In this document: positions 55,410 through 64,000 of the stretch, piece by piece | How positions within the stretch are numbered: position 1 is the stretch's first letter | Layout: every line of letters starts with the position of its first letter | Assembly: GCA_951406725.2 (NCBI GenBank) | Contig: OX597816.1 | Location: 156,488,001-156,552,000, forward strand | Reading direction: 5' to 3' | Source: Octopus vulgaris | Taxonomy: Eukaryota | DNA: 64,000 nucleotides | Translations under genes and position numbers: made by a program | The notes under the pieces: model-generated | Seen by the model: only the letters and a program-made list of their open reading frames with translations | Database searches by the model: none | What the model was told of the DNA's origin: nothing

Positions 55410-55699
55410 CATATGTGTGTGCATGTGTGTGTATGTATATATATATATATATACAGCGGGCTACTTTCAGTTTCCATCCACAAAATCTACTCACAAGGTA
55501 TTGGTCAGCTCGAGGCTACAGTGGGACTGAACTCGGAGCCATTGGTTCGGAAGCAACCTTGTTACGACAAAGCCACGATTCCATCTCTATGTATATGCAT
55601 ACATACATGCATACGTGTGTTTATGTGTGTATACACATGCATATTAGAAAGTATATAGGTGCACATGATATTTCCATGCCTCCAATATTTGTGAGATTG

Positions 55700-56640
55700 A
55701 TGACTTTAATGCTCTGTTTACACTGTTGTTGATGTTGATCTGCAAGGTAACATGAGTAGGGAGGATAAACCTGCATAATGGGGATGATCCAATAGCTATA
55801 CAGTTTTGTGTCGTGAAAGAGTGTGTGGTTACACTAAATTTGCGGAGAGGTGGGTGGATGTGTGAGACAGAGGTGCCTGTTTCTTGGAGCTATGTAACCA
55901 AACAACTCTGTGGAATAGACTCCATTATACTACCGACACAAGACAAAGAGATTGGTGAGAGCACCGTTGTGAGTCTGATGTTGGAGATTATCAGTTAGTG
56001 AAGATGTGTGAATCAGCTGAATGTCTCATCTCCACAGCTGGTATTGGATTTCCCTAAAGTGGAAACAATACTCTATTGTAGTCCTCTCTTGAGCTTTGTA
56101 GAATGTCAGCATGTTGGGCGTTGAAATATCATCTGGCTCTAAAGAGATATGCTATGTTAAACATATGCAGTCACCAAAAGAAATTCTTCAGTATTTGGAG
56201 TAACTATAATGGCTCTTGTTAAGTGTCTCTCTCTCGTTTAGATGCGATGTAGTGCAGTGATTCATTTTACTAGATGAGTTACGCATGAGAAATTTTAGCT
56301 AAGTGCCTATGTTGGCATGGCTTCACTAAATTAGATACTCTCAAGATGTATGTAAATAGAATCAATGAATAGGGAGCGTTAGAGAGGAAACAAGGGTCAT
56401 ATCATTTGCAAATAGATGGCCGTTGTTGGAGCAAGTAAATCAATGATGTATAAGTGGAATAGAGTTGGGGGGACAAAACACAAGCCTGGGCATATCAGAA
56501 TTGATTGGGAACAAGGCAAAAAAACGAGCTTATGAGAATCTGTTAATCCAGACGAAAGATGTGTGGAGCCCGTAGGCTAGAACCACTGACAGGAGATCTG
56601 CTTGATAATTATGCATGAAAATTATGCAAAGATTACATGT
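55700..56640 (-). mobile_element. Very old LINE RT remnant
   Basis: Minus strand LFANDMT (YADD-like) at ~56395-56415, preceded by a degenerate GVPQGSVL-like segment. Confidence 0.35.
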
Positions 56641-56831
56641 CTTCAAATGTCAGCCAGTTACAGGTTAATTTACGAACAGGTTATTCAGTTTATTGAACGA
56701 ATGAATACTAATTGTCGAACGTCGATGAACCATCACTGCGTGTTTCTGTATGCTTGTGTGTGGAATGGAAAATCACAATACATACATGCATACACACACA
56801 TACACACAATACATAAGTAGGTAGAAAGAAG

Positions 56832-56900
<69 letters not shown>

Positions 56901-57419
56901 TGAGAGATATGCATACATATTTATATATTGCGGATTCGTTAACAGAGCTGGTTATTCACGTTACAGTCTGTTACATAATATAAACATAGGAATTTAATCT
57001 GAAACTGCATATATAAAACTAATTAAATTTAATTAGCTGCATTGGACAGACGTAAACGGCTATAATATTTACACAAGCATTAATGAATATACTGCTAATA
57101 CGCACATAATCTATTTAATTGAACCAGCTGCCAAAAATATGTCAAATGTTCTAATCTGTATACCTGTTTCATAATGAGCTTCATGATAAAAGATTTAAAT
57201 ATATTTTAAGAGCGTTGAGTCAGTAAGTGGTGTTTGATTTGAAAATAAATACGATCAAAACTATCTTCAAGTTGATACCGTATCTTCTGTGCACGGTGAA
57301 ATTATATAAAATATCAGTAGTCTGCCATTCTATTACATTTTAGTTATTGGGTTATCAGATAATTTCCATTGTTAATACAGTTCTAAGAGAGATGAGTAAT
57401 TATGTAGATTATTTACCTT

Positions 57420-58105
57420 ATTTACATTTGACGGATATTTGTCATCATCTTTTTTGTTGTTAACACAACGTTTCGGCTGATATACTCTCCAGCCTTCTTC
57501 AGCTGTTCTGGGGAAATTTCGAACCTGGGTTCTCATACCTCAGGTATATTTCGATGTTATTATTATTGTCACTGCCTGGAATAAAACTCGGAATCCTGGG
57601 GTTAGTAGCCCGCGCTCTTAACCTTTACGCCATTCATTATGGAATGAATTTTAGGACTTATAAATCTAATATTTTCCTATCCTTCCTTAATACTGGTTCC
57701 CATATGCTACTCATATTTCCAGTAGGCGTGCTTAGGAGTTTTTTATGCCCTGGCTTATATGCTGCTTCAATTACTTTTCGTATTTTCCATTGGTGTTCTC
57801 TGCCTATTATTTTAACTTCATCTCAGAGGGAGAGGTGCTCTCAGTTTTTTCATACATGATTAACTATACCCGATTTATCAATATCTCCCCGTGTCACAGT
57901 TTTGCGATGTTCCTCTACACTTATTGTGAGGGGGCGGCATGTTTCGCCTATGTATAACCTTCCACAGCTGCATGGAATGAAGTACACGAAGTCTTTGGCC
58001 ATATTATCTTCTATTGGTGGTTTTACTCGGAGATATTTGCGAAGTGTTGCATTACTTTTGAATGCTGTCCTGATGTTATATTGGTTGCATATCTTTTGTT
58101 TCTTT
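57420..58105 (-). mobile_element. 5'-truncated Penelope-like element (GIY-YIG, tRNA-like module, HHR)
   Basis: KICNQYNIRTAFKSN...FVYFIPCSCGRLYIGETCRPL...EEHRK...KSGIVNHV. The 3' end gacaaatatccgtcaaatgtaaataa is shared with 9039-9064. Confidence 0.88.
57462..57507 (-). ncRNA. Minimal type I hammerhead in PLE 3' end
   Basis: Minus strand aacag-CTGAAGA-a-ggctg gagagtatat cagcc-GAA-ACGT-T-gtgtt. One stem I mismatch, GUU site. Confidence 0.7.
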
Positions 58106-58179
58106 TCAATTGTGACATAGCGTGAAACTCCATCAGAAACTAGCTCGTCTTTCAAACCAGCTAACTTTCCTGTGTAGAT

Positions 58180-58443
58180 GTAGACAGTCTTTACATAGAC
58201 CTCTGAGCAGGTATCGCTAAGCTTTTGGCAACATTTGATGCAGATTCTCTGCCCAACTTCCTCTGTCATAGTCATTGCGACGATCACATGCTACACACGT
58301 TCCTTCGAAGCACTGCTGCAAACAAGGTAACTGAACTAGAACGTTGAAACATAGTCCACATGCAAAGCAGAGTTTAAGGTCACTCTGTGGGCTTTAGCTT
58401 CGTTATTATGGCAAAAGTCCGGTTACTTATTGATCAGACCACA
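58180..58443 (-). mobile_element. Mariner 5' fragment (TIR plus transposase N-terminus)
   Basis: Terminus ggtctgatcaataagtaaccgg. QRICIKCCQKLSDTCSE resembles the mariner QR..IKFC.KLG.T..E N-terminus. Confidence 0.6.
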
Positions 58444-59190
58444 TATGTGTGTGTGCGCGCGCGTGACTGTATATGTGTTTGTGTGCGTGTGTGTATGTAT
58501 ATATACACACACATGCACACACTCCCGCACGCACACATGCATATTTATAGAAAGTCAAATTCCTCTGTCACTTAAGTAAAACTCTTTTCTCAGTATTGAG
58601 TCCATCCATCACTAAATGTTAGGTTATTAATTCCCAAAATACATTGAAATACTAACGCTAATTTTAACACGCACCTATACAAGCCGCCATACGTACACAC
58701 ATATACACATATGTAAATTTCCCTTTGAGATATGAAATTACGATTTGAATATATTATAGATTAAGCCACAATTTAAAAGGTAGACAAAAACAGTTACAAG
58801 TAAGGTAGAATGATACAGAAAATAGATATTCTAGAAAAGATGAAATGCAACAGAACTACATCCATACACACAGCAACGTACGAACCAAAATTCATTTATT
58901 ATATGTGGCTATATTAATTAATAGAACAAATGCATTCAAAGAATTTTGAAACATACATCGATTAATTAATGCGATGATTATTTATTGGTTATTATATTTT
59001 GTTAAATTTTCAAACATACAGAGGATAAAACACAAAAAAAAGATCATCAACGACTTAGATTATTGATCAGATAAAATTGATGTTTTAGAAATTCTAATGT
59101 ATAATGGCAATTTTGAATACGTGAATACACGCACGCCTACCTATACGTATATACATAGATACACACATACAGACACGAGCCCACAGATAT

Positions 59191-59222
<32 letters not shown>

Positions 59223-59332
59223 TCATATACATATATATATATATAAATAAATATATATATATATATGAATATATATATATATATATATGTATATGTATAT
59301 ATATATGTATATTTATATATGTATATATACAA

Positions 59333-59373
<41 letters not shown>

Positions 59374-59562
59374 CATACGATTATACCCATATATATGTAT
59401 GCCTATATGTGTGTATTTCGCTGTATATAGATATTGTTGACGTCACTGTTCCTCCAAAATGTATATATATATATATATATATATGTATTTGCATGAAAAC
59501 ATATACATACATATATCTATATACATATATACATATATATGTATGTATATGTGTATATACAC

Positions 59563-59645
<83 letters not shown>

Positions 59646-59873
59646 ATATATGCATACATACGCACGCATACCTATATACACACCTGTTTATTTAAGATTG
59701 GCAGCGTATAATGTTTGTATAAACTACAAATCTTTCTTCATATGACTATTTAATGCATAGGTCAAACTAAAAGGTTACCTACAAATCGATAACATTGAAA
59801 ATAAAAGTAGCAAGAAATAACATAACTGAATTGTAGGGTGAATAAATCAACAATCAGCAACATTACCAAAACC

Positions 59874-59908
<35 letters not shown>

Positions 59909-60624
59909 CAGTACGTCTATGTCAACCACCCAACAGAAATACTTCACATCCACCACTATCACCATTAAAATATAAACAACAACGATGGTAACATTGAATA
60001 CAGCTACAGCAATGAAAATCTAATAAGAAAGAACTAAATCCCAGCATGTCATAACGGATGATATTTTGCATGTCCACACCGTACTCACACGTTATTATGT
60101 ACATGCATTACATAAAGTCTATGTCTGTACGTTCGTTGTCTTCTTGGTTCGACTAATGTTTATCCATGTGACGAAAAAGAAGAGGACAAAGAGAAGTATA
60201 GGAAAGAAAGAATGAATAAATGAGCGAAGGAATGAAAAAAAGACAAGGAAAAGATGGGAGAAAAATGAATGAGAGTGAGAGAGAAATAAATCTTAGATCA
60301 ATATTTTTAAGAGCAATTTCAATAGGGGTGCCAGATGTTAGCAAAAACTTTCAATAGTTCGCTGCTCTTTTCGTGTCTTGCTCTAACCAGTTCATTGTTG
60401 TTATATTCGTCAGTAACCTTTTTAACACACGTCTCTTGACCCTTTTTCTTTTTTCCATTTTTTTTTTCAATGTGAAATTCCATTACAATTTCTTAAATAA
60501 TTGTTATGCAGTCCGTAGATACTTTGACATTGCGTGCTTCGCTAAATATCGCAGTCTCCACCAGCTTGTTACATACTAATATCTGCCTATCTTAAAATCT
60601 AATGTGCCGAGAAAGAAAGGGAGG

Positions 60625-60666
<42 letters not shown>

Positions 60667-60693
60667 GAGAGAGAGAGAGACAGACAGAGACAG

Positions 60694-60724
<31 letters not shown>

Positions 60725-60755
60725 GTGAAAATGTGTGCATGCATATGTGTGGGTG

Positions 60756-60786
<31 letters not shown>

Positions 60787-60843
60787 ACACAAACATGCAT
60801 ATATACATACATACATACACATATATATATATACATATACATA

Positions 60844-60882
<39 letters not shown>

Positions 60883-60961
60883 ATGTGTGTGTGTGTGTGT
60901 ATGTATATGTATATGTATATATGAACTCACACGTACACACACGCACACAAAAGCGTATATG

Positions 60962-61025
<64 letters not shown>

Positions 61026-61990
61026 TGTATATATATATCTCTGTGTGTGTGTGTGTGTGTGTATGTATGATATGTGTAAGTGTATAATTGTGAGTGTGTG
61101 TAAGTATAGTTTTTAATTTAAAAGAAATTTCTGGTCTCGGAGTATATGTGCATCTGCGTCAGCGCATGCATTCGCGTTCCTGTGCTCGCCCCTCTATGCA
61201 CATACGAATGCGAGTATTTGCAAGTGCTTGTGTATATGTGCATGTGAGTGTATGAGTGTGTGTGTGCGTTTATGTGCGCGCATACGTGTGTGTGTGTGCG
61301 TTCCAGCGCTTCCACTATGTGAGTGGTTTTAAAACTGTATTTTCAATAGAGATCATCAGAGCACACGACATTCATTGTGTGTGTGTGTTTTTTTTCTTCT
61401 ATTAACAATGGAGCTTTCTTGTTTCCTTCATTTAATCATTGGTTGCGGTAGTTTCCATATTGAGGCTCGTAAATGGATTTCGGTAGAACGATGTGGATGT
61501 CAGAAACGTCTTAACTTTCAACTATTTCCATGTAAAGAAAACAGCATCTTTAGTTATATTTACAAAGAGATCTGTTATATTTAGACATGCACATACACAA
61601 ATTCATAGACACACACACACAAACACAAACACACACACATACACACACTCACAGACCCCTATGTTTGTATGTTTTTATATGCATGTGTGTAGAAAAGTAT
61701 AAGTGTATATATGTATGCTTTTATATATGCACGTATGTAGAAAAATTGTGTTTGTATCTCTCTCTGTCTCTATCTATCTATGCATACACACACACACACG
61801 CACACATATATATATATGCTGTAGGGAGTTATTAACAATGGTACGCCCTTCCCATGTGACGAATGGAATAACCTAGTCACTATGAGTAAAGAGAAGTATG
61901 TGAAATACCAGAGTATATAGTAGGTGGTCAGAGACAGTTGTATTTTTGAGCCTGATGACGCCATTTTTTTTCTGCTTTTACAATATAAGC

Positions 61991-62865
61991 ATGGCCGTTC
62001 CACTAGAAATGTGCACTAAAGAAGGACAAAGAGCAGTGATCCGATTTATCTGGTTGAAAGGTGTCTCAGGCGCTGAAATTCATCGGAGGCTTATAGCACA
62101 ATACGGGGACGCCCATCATCCTTCACCACTGACGAGAAGATTCAGCAAACCCGAGAGGTGGTAATGGTGAACTGACGAGTTATCAATGATGATGAGATAG
62201 CTCCTTCTTTGTAGATTAGTCATGATTCTGCCTATCAAATCACCCATCATAAGCTAGGCTTCCATAAAGTCTGTGCAAGATAGGTGACAAGAGTGCTTAC
62301 TGCAAAGCCCAAGCGCAAACATCTTGAGGTCTATCAACGTTAACTCGATCGCTACAGCAGTAAGGGCGAGGAATTTTGGAGCATAATAGTTACAGTAAAT
62401 GAAACATGGGTCCATCATTATGAGGCAGAATCCAAAAGACAGAACCATGGAGTGGAAATATCCTGGCTCGTCAGCAACAAAGAAATTCAAGACTCAGTCT
62501 TCTGCGGTAAAGGTGATGCTAAACCTCTTTGGGGAGCCATAAAAGGTCCTATACTGGAAGACAACCCGGAAAAGATGTGTACGATCAACAGTGCAAGATA
62601 GAGTGCTTTGTTGGCCAACAAACTGAAACCAACAATTCGCACCAAACACCGAAACCTATTGTGGAAAGGAAAGAAGTTTTGCTGTTGCATGACAATGCAC
62701 GCCTAACACACGACCGGCCGGACCATTGAAACTATTAACCAATTGGGTTTTGAGGTACTGGAATACCCTACCTACAGCCCAGATCTCACCTCTTCCGACT
62801 ATCATATCTTTGGACCGCGCAAAGATGGTTTTCGAGGTCGTCGATTTACTGCGGATGAAGATGAC
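61991..62865 (+). pseudogene. Mariner (DD34D-type) transposase remnant
   Basis: QRAVIRFIWLKG...EIHRRL, KVCAR*V (WVP motif decayed), NETWVHHY, LLHDNAR, YSPDLTSSDYHIFG. Stops, frameshifts and an internal deletion. Confidence 0.88.
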
Positions 62866-63859
62866 CGCTTTTGCTGCCGCTGCCGGTGTGCTGCCGCCAC
62901 CAGTCGTGCAACGGCTGCTACCGATGTGCAGCTGACACCACTGCAGTGGTTACTTTTGCTAATGCAGTTGTTGTAGCTCCTGTTGATGATAGCATTGTTG
63001 CTGATGTTGTGGTTCCTGTTATTCTCGTTTGCCGCTACAGCATTTGGGCTTTGAACTGTAAGGAAAGAAGTAAGTTCTATCCTCCAATTCCGTGAGCAGA
63101 ATCATTTGTTCATTAGAATTGCTGCTACATATATTGCTTTTCTGAATATTGTTATAATTCTGATGCTGCTATTCTCTAGTCTCTGATCCCTCTCCTAGCG
63201 AATATGGTGTCATTCTGCTACTACGCTACTGAAGCATTTTGTTGGTGTCAGCTACGCCAAATTTTTCGAATTTGGAGAGAAGACAAAAAATTACGTGTCT
63301 CTCATGCAGAATTAGCAGAAACGTGGAAAGTGAATAAAAAACACACTTCCAGTTACGAAAAGAAATGTAAAATATAATGCACGACATGCTGAAAATTTTT
63401 AAACTACACACCAACACACATGCACACACAAAAACATGTGTGTACACCCATGTATATACATACATGTATGCACACACATATACATATAGTTAACATTATT
63501 TGGAACTCGCAAAATTCACTGAATGGTATTCGCTATCTGAGATGATATGAGTCAAGGGATTGTACTTGAAATGTACCCGATTAAAACTTAATAATAAGAG
63601 ATCACTTCTTTTATTCGTTACAAAGACATATCAAATGAAATACGCTCAAATTCATAGATCAACACAAAACCTACTTCATGTTCAAAACATAAAATTTAAG
63701 TTTCCCACTTTACACTTATGTATGTAAACACATGTTCTCGTGCATCCGCGCACATGCACACACTCCTCCATAATCAAATCTATTTTACACAAACTAGCTA
63801 TCTATGCACACACGTACACACAAATGCATATTTTCATAATCAAGTTTACTAGAATTCTA

Positions 63860-64000
63860 AAGGCAGCGAGCTGGCAGAAACGTTAGCACGCCGGGCGAAA
63901 TGCTTAGCAGTATTTTGTCTGCCGTTACGTCCTGAGTACAAACTCCGCCGAGGTCGACTTTGCCTTTCATCATTTTGTGGTCGATTAAATAAGTACCAGT
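63860..64000 (+). mobile_element. SINE family A copy running off the window end
   Basis: ggcagcgagctggcagaaacgttagcacgccgggcgaaatgc...gaggtcgactttgcctttcatc. Confidence 0.85.

Noticed and set aside
57850-58287. ORF fusing a mariner N-terminus to a GIY-YIG domain
   Set aside because: Best explained as chance in-frame juxtaposition of two truncated elements; both parts are decayed and the endonuclease frame stops early.

Overview
Repeat-dominated animal DNA, intronic or intergenic. The dense (TA)n/(CA)n/(GATA)n tracts and the SINE families suggest a cephalopod such as Octopus (inference). I find no confident host protein-coding gene, and nearly all long ORFs in the track are microsatellite read-throughs. 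Recognisable content: decayed RTE- and CR1-type LINE fragments, three Tc1/mariner transposase remnants and a MITE, several tRNA-derived SINE families (some with target-site duplications), and Penelope-like (PLE) GIY-YIG endonuclease remnants. The main signal is about ten loci with type I hammerhead ribozyme (HHR) folds, read by eye, most close to (TA)n tracts. Several lie in head-to-head palindromes with one HHR per arm pointing outward: a ~4.1 kb one carrying two GIY-YIG ORFs (25713-29772), a ~1 kb non-coding one (48577-49572), and smaller ones. One HHR has a compensatory U3-A8 core. One PLE family carries a tRNA-like Pol III module just upstream of its HHR. All folds and family assignments are manual and need computational and biochemical confirmation.
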